Program-made: the position numbers and the translations under genes | DNA from: a virus | Lineage: Duplodnaviria > Caudoviricetes | Strand: one strand, 5' to 3' | Length of the DNA: 46,555 nucleotides | IMG/VR virus record: IMGVR_UViG_3300037424_000750 | Location: 1 to 46,555 of that record | Shown here: piece by piece, positions 8,231 to 16,509 of the stretch | How the letters are laid out: each line of letters starts with the position of its first letter | Position numbering within the stretch: the first letter of the stretch is position 1 | The notes under the pieces: generated by a model | The model's input: the letters and a program-made list of their open reading frames with translations, nothing else | The model's database searches: none | What the model was told of the DNA's origin: nothing

Positions 8231-8974
8231 TCACGACTGGTGATCAGAGACTTTCGGTTGTTGCGTTGTTTCGCAGCCTTCCCAGTGGAAAGACTTGTTT
8301 GCTTCGGCCATGTCGGTGACGAACCAACCGCGAGCGGTATCGAGAATGTCGATTGACCACGAACCGCCGACCGCTTTGCCGGCGCGCTCGGCCAATGCTG
8401 TCAATTCCAAAAGGTCAACGTCTTCAAGATTGCACAGCGCGGCGAAATCGAAGTCGCGGTCTGGGCGCCCGCGTTCGAGCGCATGCAGCGGCCAATACGG
8501 ATGCCAGCAACGAACTTTTCCTTCGTCGACAAAGAACCGAAATTCCTTGCACACCGGCATGTCGCCGTAGGCCCGGCACAACGCAACTGGCCGCACCGGC
8601 AGATACTCGCGCACCACCCAGATATTCCAATTCAAGCCGAGAAAGTCGGCGCATTCGGAGAACTCGGCAAGCTCGCCAACATGACCGCGCAAGTTCGCGC
8701 GGTCAGTCACGAAGCATGTTCGCTTCCACGAATGTTTGCCGGAAATCAGTCCGGTGCGTAGGAATGCCGGATACCCGATACTGTCGCAAGCATCACCCAA
8801 TCGCGCGATGAACACGTCAAGCTCGGCGCGATCCGGCGAATCCTCGCCATCGAACGCAGCCCATATAACTTTTTGCGCCTCGGCCGGCATCGACAAGACG
8901 ACGGTCTTCGGCACAGGCAAGCCAGCCGCTTCAATCTTTGGAAACCAATTCGACAAACAGGTTATCTCACTCAC
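8231..8974 (-). CDS. ATP-grasp protein, R2K/Cdc123-like clade
   Basis: FLRTG..SGKHSW, VVREYL, EFRFFV and WSIDI...WFVTD motifs. Confidence 0.7.
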   Translation of the reverse strand: MSEITCLSNWFPKIEAAGLPVPKTVVLSMPAEAQKVIWAAFDGEDSPDRAELDVFIARLGDACDSIGYPAFLRTGLISGKHSWKRTCFVTDRANLRGHVGELAEFSECADFLGLNWNIWVVREYLPVRPVALCRAYGDMPVCKEFRFFVDEGKVRCWHPYWPLHALERGRPDRDFDFAALCNLEDVDLLELTALAERAGKAVGGSWSIDILDTARGWFVTDMAEANKSFHWEGCETTQQPKVSDHQS

Positions 8975-9192
8975 TTCCCCACCCCCGTCTTAAACGGACC
9001 GGCTACATCTTCCGTCTGTCGCGCGATCAAATCGTAATGATCGCGTTGATAGGTTTTGCCGGATTTGGGATCGAGAACTTGGTATCCACTGCCGCGGCGA
9101 TCGACGACAATGCCATCAAAGCCGCCAACCATGCCGCAGCGCTTGGAATAGACGCGCCAGCCGGCTTTAAGAATTTGGGTGGCGTTGCTCAT
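8971..9192 (-). CDS. Hypothetical protein
   Basis: Coupled ORF ending PFKTGVGK. Confidence 0.55.
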   Translation of the reverse strand: MSNATQILKAGWRVYSKRCGMVGGFDGIVVDRRGSGYQVLDPKSGKTYQRDHYDLIARQTEDVAGPFKTGVGK

Positions 9193-10208
9193 GCTGCACC
9201 TCGCTGAAAAGAGATGTGCTTGCCATCGGGACCGACCATTTCGAGTTCGTGCGGCACGCGCCGGCACTCGGCTTCCGCCTCAGCGCGCGTGTACTTTCCA
9301 GCGAAGTTGCTATCCGTCGCGTAGCCGGAATATTGCGAACGGTAGTAACTGTTATGGTCGCGCGCCCAGATCAGAAACACCTGATCACCGCCGAACAAAA
9401 TTTGCTTGAGCACTTCGGCTCGCACGAAGTTCATGCGCTGCACGGCAACGGACAGTTCGGCTTCCAATCTCTTCCGTCGGTCGCGTTCGTTCTGCTTCGT
9501 GCGCAGATCATCGGGCGCGCGCACGAAAAGACTGCCGCACGACTCGTTCATCAACTGCCCGCCGGCGATGACCCACCACATGCTGTTGAGGTTGTAATAG
9601 GCCGTGCCGCGAATGATCCGGCCCTTGCGGTCGGCAAGCCAGACGACTTGCCCGTGCTCCAGGTGACCGCCGTCGCCGGATTTGCGGTTGTAGTCTTGGT
9701 GCCAGTTCGGTCGGCCCAAACCCTTGTCGGTGTGCCAGCCTTCCGCATAGCCCTTCTGGATGCGATCCATCGGCGACAGGTGGCGTTCGTTGCGAAGCGT
9801 CACCTTCGCCGGCGCCAGCGTCCTTAGCCAGCGACAGATACGGGCGCGCTCTACCTCGACACGAAGTCGGTCGAGATACCCCATCCGCGATAGCTTGTCG
9901 AAATCATACCGCCGACCGTTTCGGTTGATCTGCGGCGCGGTAAGCGACCAGAACTCGACACCGACATGCCGGCCAGCAACCTCGATCTTGCAGCACAGCG
10001 TGCCGCGCGTGCCGAGGCGATGGCATGGCGAGATGCTTCGATAATGACGGTGAATTTTCGGATCCGCCTTGATCGACCATCCGCGCGCACGAAGGTCGCG
10101 GACTAGCGCATCATAGATTTCCGCGCGGAACGACGGGTCCTGCGCATTGTCTTGCCAGATGCCGATGCTGGAATCGTGAATGTTGATATCGATCGCGGGT
10201 CGGCTCAT
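9189..10208 (-). CDS. Hypothetical phage protein
   Basis: 339-aa ORF coupled to its neighbours. Confidence 0.7.
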   Translation of the reverse strand: MSRPAIDINIHDSSIGIWQDNAQDPSFRAEIYDALVRDLRARGWSIKADPKIHRHYRSISPCHRLGTRGTLCCKIEVAGRHVGVEFWSLTAPQINRNGRRYDFDKLSRMGYLDRLRVEVERARICRWLRTLAPAKVTLRNERHLSPMDRIQKGYAEGWHTDKGLGRPNWHQDYNRKSGDGGHLEHGQVVWLADRKGRIIRGTAYYNLNSMWWVIAGGQLMNESCGSLFVRAPDDLRTKQNERDRRKRLEAELSVAVQRMNFVRAEVLKQILFGGDQVFLIWARDHNSYYRSQYSGYATDSNFAGKYTRAEAEAECRRVPHELEMVGPDGKHISFQRGAA

Positions 10209-10444
10209 TTGCCCACCCCCGTCTTAAACGGGCAGACAAACGTCTCGATGAATTCGATCATCTCTCTGGCTCTGTCGCCTTCATAAATTGCGAGCAGCAC
10301 GTCGCGTTGCCAGAGTGCTAGCGAGACGCGCTCACCGACTCCAAAATCCATGCCGCAAAAGATCGGTTGCGCGGCCGGAATTCCGACCACGGCAGCGGTC
10401 ACTACGGCTGCGGACGAACCGATGATGAACTTGCGCCGGTTCAT
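10205..10444 (-). CDS. Small protein with twin-arginine-like N-terminus
   Basis: MNRRKFIIGSSAAVV..., ends PFKTGVGK. Confidence 0.55.
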   Translation of the reverse strand: MNRRKFIIGSSAAVVTAAVVGIPAAQPIFCGMDFGVGERVSLALWQRDVLLAIYEGDRAREMIEFIETFVCPFKTGVGK

Positions 10445-10691
10445 GCTTCGCCTCCCGTCTTAAACGGACACCCGTGAACCTGTAGCCAGCATTCAAGAGA
10501 GTGAGGACAGTTGGTGCAGGCGGAATTGGTTGGCCGGGTGGACGCGCATCGGTCCTGCACCCGGCCGGCGTCTGTTGATTCAGCCGACGCCTTAGCCGAT
10601 GCCATTGCAGTCGCGGGCGTATCAAAATGGGCGGCAGATTTTGCTACCGCTTCCGGGCGCGACGTTGAGGCATCGGATTGGAATTTGAATT

Positions 10692-10826
10692 CTCGCGGGC
10701 CGGGCTTACCAGCGATGCGGTCCGGGGCTGTGAGCCTTGTTCCGGAAGAAACGGTTTCCGCACCCCTCCCCGTTAGAGGACTCGGAAGCGATCCGAGTAG
10801 TCCGCGAGTTTCCGCCGAAGCGGAAA
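10692..10826 (-). ncRNA. Candidate structured RNA downstream of the tRNA
   Basis: TTTCCGC-TTCG-GCGGAAA hairpin, then a multibranch domain closed by CTCGCGG/CCGCGAG with an internal ACTCGGA/TCCGAGT stem. Confidence 0.45.
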
Positions 10827-10901
10827 TGGTTGCAGGAGTCGGATTTGAACCGACGACCTCGTGGTTATGAGCCACGCGCGCTACCGCTGCGCCATCCTGC
10901 G
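10827..10901 (-). tRNA. tRNA-Met(CAT), initiator-like
   Basis: CGCAGGATGGCGCAGCGGTAGCGCGCGTGGCTCATAACCACGAGGTCGTCGGTTCAAATCCGACTCCTGCAACCA folds as a full cloverleaf with encoded CCA and a C1xA72 mismatch. Confidence 0.92.
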
Positions 10902-10911
10902 AAAAAGAAAC

Positions 10912-10988
10912 GAGGCGCGCACTATGTGCCGCGAGGGACGGCCCTATAACCGTCCGCAGGGAGCCTTGCGAGCTGTACCTGACGCCTC
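10912..10988 (-). ncRNA. Candidate four-way-junction RNA
   Basis: Closing stem GAGGCG/CGCCTC with inner stems CAGG/CCTG, GGACGG/CCGTCC and GCAC/GTGC. Confidence 0.4.
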
Positions 10989-11000
10989 TGGGGTATTGAA

Positions 11001-11135
11001 TACTGCCGTAGGGGATTCGAACCCCCGGCGTCCTTCCATAGCACCCCGTTAGCGGGCGGCTTGGACGTCTTGCTAACGTCACCGTTAAACCAGCTTGCGC
11101 CCCGAAGATGAACCTCGGCTCCGGCAACGGCAGTA
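11001..11135 (-). ncRNA. tRNA-mimic RNA (135 nt)
   Basis: 9-bp terminal stem TACTGCCGT/ACGGCAGTA directly preceded by a canonical T-arm GGGGG-TTCGAAT-CCCCT. No standard anticodon arm or CCA. Confidence 0.65.
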
Positions 11136-11143
11136 ACTCGATA

Positions 11144-11395
11144 TTAGCTTCGCTTTGTGATCTCGACAATGAGCGCGGCGATGGCAGCGCCTGGTGCCGC
11201 GACTTTTCCATTGAGATAGTCGCGCGCGGCGCGGTCGCTGACATCGCAAATGTCGGCGAGTACGGCGTCGGGCTTGTCCCAAACGACCTTTGCGACTTCA
11301 CCGAACAGGCATCCGGAAGTTTTCTTCCGGGCGCGCGATAAACTTCCGTCGATTTGGGATGACGGCACAACCGATATCGATTCTTGTAACGACAT
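11144..11395 (-). CDS. Small HTH protein (CII-like position)
   Basis: LADICDVSDRAARDYLNG helix-turn-helix pattern, with AGGAG RBS. Confidence 0.6.
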   Translation of the reverse strand: MSLQESISVVPSSQIDGSLSRARKKTSGCLFGEVAKVVWDKPDAVLADICDVSDRAARDYLNGKVAAPGAAIAALIVEITKRS

Positions 11396-11425
11396 GACTT
11401 ACGCACTCCTACAAACGCAACACAC

Positions 11426-11542
11426 ATGAAACGCTTCGTCGCAGCATCCAAAGCCGTCTCGTTCATCGCCATCATGGCGGGGATCGAGATCGGCGCGGCG
11501 CTGTCATTGCTGACGCACTTGAATATTCTGGAATGGCACTGA
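11426..11542 (+). CDS. Possible 38-aa membrane peptide
   Basis: MKRFVAASKAVSFIAIMAGIEIGAALSLLTHLNILEWH. Confidence 0.3.
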   Translation: MKRFVAASKAVSFIAIMAGIEIGAALSLLTHLNILEWH

Positions 11543-11841
11543 GATGAGAATTCGCCGCGCGCCCTATCAGCCCCCAAACCTCCAGGCGCAAGGCGGATCG
11601 ATGGGCCGGTTGCTGCATAAGGAAGCAACGCAGCAGCCGGCCCGCCGTCGAGGGACAAATAATGTGAGCAATTTTGCTCAATTTTTAGGGAACTTCCGTC
11701 CAATATCACGAAAGCCAGGTCGCGCATACGCACGGTTGCGTGATTTGCCCACAATACACCGGGGCGGGAAAACAAATTCTGACGCGGCGGTAAAATCGGC
11801 GTTACATTTCCGAGCTGTGAAATGTGCCGGGGAGTTGCGTC

Positions 11842-12141
11842 ATGAGCGCGTGGATTATTCCGCCTATCGTCGGATTGATCGAGCCCTGCCTTGCGCCGGA
11901 ATTTTTCATCGACAGCATCGGCGGCATCGAACGTGTCGGCGACAGTATTCGGATCTACTACTGTGCCGAACAATTGCCGCTCGAAACCGTCGGCGGCATC
12001 ACGCAACAGATCGTCGCCGTGAAAATCAGACGGCCTTTGTCCAGCGTGCCGCAGGCCATCGTGCGCCTGGCGCGGTGTCTCGATTGCGATTTCGCGCCGC
12101 GCGCCGGCGCGCCCGACTGGCAACCGCGCTTGGTGCGATAG
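11842..12141 (+). CDS. Hypothetical protein
   Basis: GGGGAG RBS, convergent with cro. Confidence 0.55.
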   Translation: MSAWIIPPIVGLIEPCLAPEFFIDSIGGIERVGDSIRIYYCAEQLPLETVGGITQQIVAVKIRRPLSSVPQAIVRLARCLDCDFAPRAGAPDWQPRLVR

Positions 12142-12146
12142 GGCGG

Positions 12147-12356
12147 TCATTGCGCGGCCTCGCAACGCACGAAGGCGTCAAGAGGCACGATGCCGCCCGT
12201 GGCGCGACTCAACCGCGCGGCGACCGTCAGTGTCGGTGTCTTGCGGCCGGCGAGAATGTCCGAAAGATAGCCCTCTGAAATCGAGTGTTCACGGGCGAAT
12301 TTTGCCTGTGTCGTGTTCGCCTCGATCCAGATTTTGAGTGCGTGCGGAGCATCCAT
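12147..12356 (-). CDS. Cro-like XRE HTH regulator
   Basis: TQAKFAREHSISEGYLSDILAGRKTP, divergent from the repressor. Confidence 0.85.
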   Translation of the reverse strand: MDAPHALKIWIEANTTQAKFAREHSISEGYLSDILAGRKTPTLTVAARLSRATGGIVPLDAFVRCEAAQ

Positions 12357-12363
12357 GTTGATG

Positions 12364-12418
12364 AACTTAGCTAGTAGCGAAGTAGCCGGTCAAGCAAAAA
12401 CTTCGCCAGTGGCGAATG
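12364..12418. promoter_or_regulatory. Leftward early promoter and two operators
   Basis: Minus-strand TTGACC-N18-TAAGTT (12393-12364). Palindromes ACTTAGC-N5-GCGAAGT (12365-12383) and ACTTCGC-N5-GCGAATG (12400-12418). Confidence 0.8.
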
Positions 12419-12450
12419 GACCTGTTAATGGCGAGGTTGGACTATGGGCC

Positions 12451-12777
12451 ATGTCAGCCCGCAAAGCCCAAACGCGCACCTTCCGTAAGCTCTACATCGG
12501 GGAGTGGCTCAACCGTCTCGGCCGCCGCCAGAATGAAGCTGCCGAGGCCCTGGGGGTCACGGAAACCTATATTTCGGAGCTTATATCGGGCAAGAAAAAG
12601 AACCCGCACCATGCCATTCTATACGATCTGTCGGAATGGCTCGGGTTAACCATCAATGACCTGTACCGGCCGCCGCCGGCGCGCGCCGCCGTTGAAGCTG
12701 TGGACAAGGGCATGAGCGCCGCCGACATGGCCGCACTCGGCAACCTGCTGGAACGGGTCAAAAAAGCCGGAAAATAA
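12451..12777 (+). CDS. CI-like XRE HTH repressor (no peptidase S24 domain)
   Basis: RQNEAAEALGVTETYISELISGKKKNP, flanked by operator pairs. Confidence 0.8.
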   Translation: MSARKAQTRTFRKLYIGEWLNRLGRRQNEAAEALGVTETYISELISGKKKNPHHAILYDLSEWLGLTINDLYRPPPARAAVEAVDKGMSAADMAALGNLLERVKKAGK

Positions 12778-12791
12778 CCCGATCTAAACCA

Positions 12792-12846
12792 GCTTCGCCA
12801 GTAGCGAAGATTTCACTTGACCTATAACTTCGCTGTCAGCTAAGTT
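12792..12846 (+). promoter_or_regulatory. Rightward early promoter and two operators
   Basis: TTGACC-N18-TAAGTT (12817-12846). Palindromes GCTTCGC-N5-GCGAAGA (12792-12810) and ACTTCGC-N5-GCTAAGT (12827-12845). Confidence 0.8.
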
Positions 12847-12881
12847 TCCCCTCACTGATTTTCATACAGGGGAGACGGGCG

Positions 12882-13070
12882 ATGGCTACCGACACCGACA
12901 AACTTTACGACGCGCTGAAGCTTCTCAAGATCGAGACGCGGCCGACCGACGTTGCCGGCACGAATGCCTGGTACGCCGCCGATGGCACCTATCTCGGTAA
13001 TTTCACCGAGGCGCAGGGCCTCGCGCATCTGAAAAAATTCACCGGACAAGTTGCAACCGAACGCACCTGA
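12882..13070 (+). CDS. Hypothetical early protein
   Basis: GGGGAG RBS, first gene after the promoter. Confidence 0.65.
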   Translation: MATDTDKLYDALKLLKIETRPTDVAGTNAWYAADGTYLGNFTEAQGLAHLKKFTGQVATERT

Positions 13071-13143
13071 TCTTCGCAGCGCGGCTCCTAGTCGGGCCGC
13101 GTCACGAAGACCAGTTTTCATTTTCATAAGAGGTGATGGGAAG

Positions 13144-13359
13144 ATGGCAGGCAATCCAAAGATCAGCGACATCAAGGTCGGCGATATTCTTATCGCCGAT
13201 GACGGCTTCACCTGCATGAAAGCAGGCGAACACGAGGTGAAGGCAAGCGAGGCTGGCGCGCTCTTCATTGACTGCACCGAAGGCCGCCATTTCCTTGCCG
13301 GGCAAGAAAGAGCCGACGGAACGCTTATCGGCCTTACGCTAAAATCAAAGCCTGCCTGA
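13144..13359 (+). CDS. Hypothetical protein
   Basis: MAGNPKISDIKVGDILIADDGFTC... Confidence 0.6.
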   Translation: MAGNPKISDIKVGDILIADDGFTCMKAGEHEVKASEAGALFIDCTEGRHFLAGQERADGTLIGLTLKSKPA

Positions 13360-13423
13360 TCGAACCGCGCATCTTCTAGTGCGCGTCAGGAAGGGTAGTG
13401 AAGGTAGAAACAGGAACAGGCTG

Positions 13424-13744
13424 ATGTCTCTCCAAGCAATCAGAGCCACCTTCGAGTGTGACGGATGCGGACGCCCTTTCGTCCTCGATTTGGACGCGGC
13501 GGAAAAGATGCCTGCCGATTGGACACTGTTCGATAAGGTCGTGGACACGATTGGAGGCGGTCTTGGCTATCGCGGCTTCGCTGACGAAAAGCGCGCCGGG
13601 AAGGCGCAGGACATGGGCCTGACCTCTGTGCAAGCAGGAATGTGTCTCTGCCCGAATTGTACCCGGAAGGCAGATGACGCTGTTCCAGACGAAGAAGATC
13701 GTAACGCGACGGACGAAGAAGTCCGCGCGGCGCTTGCTCGTTAA
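13424..13744 (+). CDS. Hypothetical Zn-binding protein
   Basis: CDGC and CPNC motifs. Confidence 0.6.
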   Translation: MSLQAIRATFECDGCGRPFVLDLDAAEKMPADWTLFDKVVDTIGGGLGYRGFADEKRAGKAQDMGLTSVQAGMCLCPNCTRKADDAVPDEEDRNATDEEVRAALAR

Positions 13745-13789
13745 CACCCACCACTTCACAAAGACCATAGCGACAGAGGGAAATAGAAA

Positions 13790-14188
13790 ATGGCAGCGAC
13801 ACCGGGACCAGCAAGCGACAGTGCCATGCGCGACGGGGGCAGCGGCACGATTGAGGCCCGCAAGCGCGGCACCGGTCGCACAAGTCGCATGATCACACAC
13901 GCCATCAGCCTGCAAATGGAAGGCCGAGCGGTTTACATCATCAGCGCCAGCCAAGATCACGCCCGGTTTCTTCGCGATCAATTGCCTCAGAACTCAACAA
14001 TCAAAGTCGAGACACCGAGCAGCGCTGGTAACTTCGACTGGCGCACGATGTCGCTACGCGGAGCGCATCCAAACTGCGTCGTGCTGGTGGACCATTTCGC
14101 TATCGAAAGCCACTTCGCACCCCTGCTGAAAATGCTGACGGCTTACGACGCGCATGGCACTGAGACGTGCGCGGGCGAAGCAAAGTGA
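13790..14188 (+). CDS. Hypothetical protein with degenerate P-loop-like motifs
   Basis: RGTGRT and VVLVDH. Confidence 0.55.
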   Translation: MAATPGPASDSAMRDGGSGTIEARKRGTGRTSRMITHAISLQMEGRAVYIISASQDHARFLRDQLPQNSTIKVETPSSAGNFDWRTMSLRGAHPNCVVLVDHFAIESHFAPLLKMLTAYDAHGTETCAGEAK

Positions 14189-14617
14189 CGGAAATGGGAC
14201 ATAGAATGGCTGTAGTAATTCCAGACCGACCGGCTGCAAGCCCTATCATGATCACTCTCGCCGAGCCAGGCGAAGATTGTGAACTTAAGGCGCTCGCTTA
14301 TATCGGCTCGGTGCTCGCGGATTTTTCGCCAGCCGCCAAACAGCGCATGCTCGCCTATCTCAATCTGCGCTTCGATCCGCCGGAAGTGAGCGATACGTCG
14401 GAGCCCAATCCTTCCCCTCCCGCCGACATCGGCGGACAAATCTGTAAGACGATTTGATGCCCATTCCCTCTCCCATATCCGCCGACCCCTTGGCCCCTCC
14501 CGCGCCGGTCGACGGATTCGCGCCGTGGTCTCCCTCCGGTCCCCGCCGGCATCGTCTTTATCGACAAGCGTGCCCCTGCCCCCGTCGCGCATGGCACCGA
14601 GACGTGCGCGGACGAAG
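14149..14617 (+). repeat. 32-bp direct repeat forming a hairpin (14149-14180 and 14586-14617)
   Basis: CGCGCATGGCAC(T/C)GAGACGTGCGCGG(G/A)CGAAG, 2 mismatches. Confidence 0.85.
14194..14457 (+). CDS. Hypothetical protein (start uncertain)
   Basis: ORF between the two 32-bp repeats. Confidence 0.45.
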   Translation: MGHRMAVVIPDRPAASPIMITLAEPGEDCELKALAYIGSVLADFSPAAKQRMLAYLNLRFDPPEVSDTSEPNPSPPADIGGQICKTI

Positions 14618-15074
14618 TGGGGAAGCAAAGGGCGGCGGCACGAAGGACATCTGAATTCTGAAAAAGGCAAGGCCCAATGACCTGCAAAGAAGTCATAACA
14701 AAAACGATCAAAGGAGAGTGGGCCATTTACTTCGCCATCGGCTTCTACGGAATACTTCCAATTTTCATCGTCCGTTTCAGGTGGATGCAATGATCTTCAA
14801 TTCCGCCGGTCCAGATCGACCTCCCGTCTCCGCCAGCGGATTCGCGCCGTGGCCGCCACGTTCCCCGACGGTGACGGTCACGGCGCTTTTTGTTTTGTTC
14901 GTTGCGTTCGTTGCGGCGTTTGCTTTTGCGTGGGTGTTGATCGCCACGATCGACACCAATGTTGAGTTGAGTTTTCCTTCGGCTGCATCGCGTCTGTCGC
15001 CAGCATATCGGCATCAACCGAATTGGCGGATGCAGCCGGAGGTCATGTGTTCAGTAACGAGTGGAGTGTGTGTC

Positions 15075-15704
15075 ATGCGTATGAGTGCTTTTGCGTCACC
15101 GGCCGCATCGCGTCGGCAGACCATCGAAGAAATCCGCCAGCAGATCGCGGCCGTGCCGTCATCGGTCAACGTGCCTTGCATCCGCCAGATCGAAGCCGAC
15201 GATCCGATCCATGACACGAACGTCAAGCGCGCGCTGCTTGCCGGTGCCGATCTCTCCGAGCCGCAAATGTTCGCGATGATGAACATGAGCGAGAGCCATC
15301 GCCATCAAGCGATTTGGCATCACGCGCGGCTCAATATTTTCGAACTGCCGCCATTCACCTTGTCGACGTTCCGGGAACTGGCCGACAAGGGCTATGCCCA
15401 TAAGCCCGAAGACTCGCGCTATCACAAGCTGACATTGGCGGCGTCATCGTTGGCCGACGCCACAGCCGACGAATTGGTGGCCCGGCACAAGATCCATGCC
15501 CCAATCCTGGTTCACACGCGCGGGCTTCGGGCCAAGCAAATCAATTTCCGCTGTACCTGCAAGTGGTCATGTGGACTGACCGCCGGCGACAACATGCAGG
15601 CGAAAGCCAATCGGGCGTTCACGTCGCATTTGCGGTCGGTCAACACGCTCAACGATATCGCGGACTCGATCTCACGAACGACGCGCCGGCAGGGAGAGAC
15701 GTAA
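15075..15704 (+). CDS. Hypothetical protein
   Basis: GGAG RBS before ATG 15075, C-terminal CTCKWSC. Confidence 0.6.
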   Translation: MRMSAFASPAASRRQTIEEIRQQIAAVPSSVNVPCIRQIEADDPIHDTNVKRALLAGADLSEPQMFAMMNMSESHRHQAIWHHARLNIFELPPFTLSTFRELADKGYAHKPEDSRYHKLTLAASSLADATADELVARHKIHAPILVHTRGLRAKQINFRCTCKWSCGLTAGDNMQAKANRAFTSHLRSVNTLNDIADSISRTTRRQGET

Positions 15705-15742
15705 GGATGTTTTTGCCAGATGACCGAATATAGGAGCCTGAC

Positions 15743-16234
15743 ATGAGATGCAGCGTTAGCGGCGAAGTGCCGGCCAACCCGGATGATGCGCCAGTACCGA
15801 ATAGCGCCACGCGCGCGGACGGACAGCACGTTGACCACTGGGTCATGTGCCCGGGTGAAATTATCAAAGCCGGGTTCAAACGGCCTGTGCGAGACAGCTA
15901 TGTCCATGTCGGGATACCTGGGCCCAAATTCCCGTTGCGCGATCCGACGCTGGAAGAACGCGAGCGATGGGGCGAAGAGTTCGTCAAGTACGAGCCCTAT
16001 CCGAAAGACTACAAAGGTTCGGCACTTGGGCACCTTTGGTCACAGGCAGACCTCGATAAGATCGACAATGGCTGTGGGGTGAAGACCTCGATGCCGCGAG
16101 CTATCGCGGAAACCTACGCAGCTAACCCCGGATACTACGGTTCGACGTTTTGCTGTGGCTGCGGCTCTTATTTTAAAGTCGGTGCCGAAGGTGAATTTGT
16201 TTGGTCGGGCACGAAAGATCGGGTCGGCACATGA
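15743..16234 (+). CDS. Hypothetical protein (Cys-rich C-terminus)
   Basis: AGGAG RBS, TFCCGCG. Confidence 0.7.
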   Translation: MRCSVSGEVPANPDDAPVPNSATRADGQHVDHWVMCPGEIIKAGFKRPVRDSYVHVGIPGPKFPLRDPTLEERERWGEEFVKYEPYPKDYKGSALGHLWSQADLDKIDNGCGVKTSMPRAIAETYAANPGYYGSTFCCGCGSYFKVGAEGEFVWSGTKDRVGT

Positions 16235-16509
16235 CGACCAAGCATTCACCGCTCTCTGCCCTCAAAGCACAGGCTGACAAGATCGCTGCAACGCTCAAAG
16301 CGGCCGAGCGCGGAGAGAAGACAGACATTCGCTTTGCCGAAAAGGTTGCGGCCGCTCGCAACAAAGAGAGTTTTAAAGTTGGCATCGTTATGGATGACAA
16401 AATCATCACAATCGAAATGCCGTGGGCGACGATCCGCGCCACCAGCGAAGCCGGGCTATCCGAATACATCGTGAAGCAGATGCGAGAGTTGCGCGAGACC
16501 GCACATTAA
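16231..16509 (+). CDS. Hypothetical protein
   Basis: ATGA-coupled to the upstream gene. Confidence 0.65.
   Translation: MTTKHSPLSALKAQADKIAATLKAAERGEKTDIRFAEKVAAARNKESFKVGIVMDDKIITIEMPWATIRATSEAGLSEYIVKQMRELRETAH

Larger units (their letters stand above)
8984..10467. repeat. Three copies of CCCGTCTTAAACGG at gene junctions (about 8984, 10218 and 10454)
   Basis: Identical 14-mer. Copies 1 and 2 extend to CCCACCCCCGTCTTAAACGG. Confidence 0.85.

Noticed and set aside
11001-11135. tmRNA or tRNA-Sec
   Set aside because: No G3-U70 or tag ORF, no UCA anticodon arm, and no CCA.
10441-12165. 574-aa minus-strand ORF
   Set aside because: It runs through a clear tRNA, structured RNAs and other genes. 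Probably a chance open frame in GC-rich DNA; at most the last ~54 codons are real.
14718-15074. N-terminal extension of the 328-aa ORF
   Set aside because: A better RBS and start exist at 15075; the upstream part is low-complexity and unsupported.
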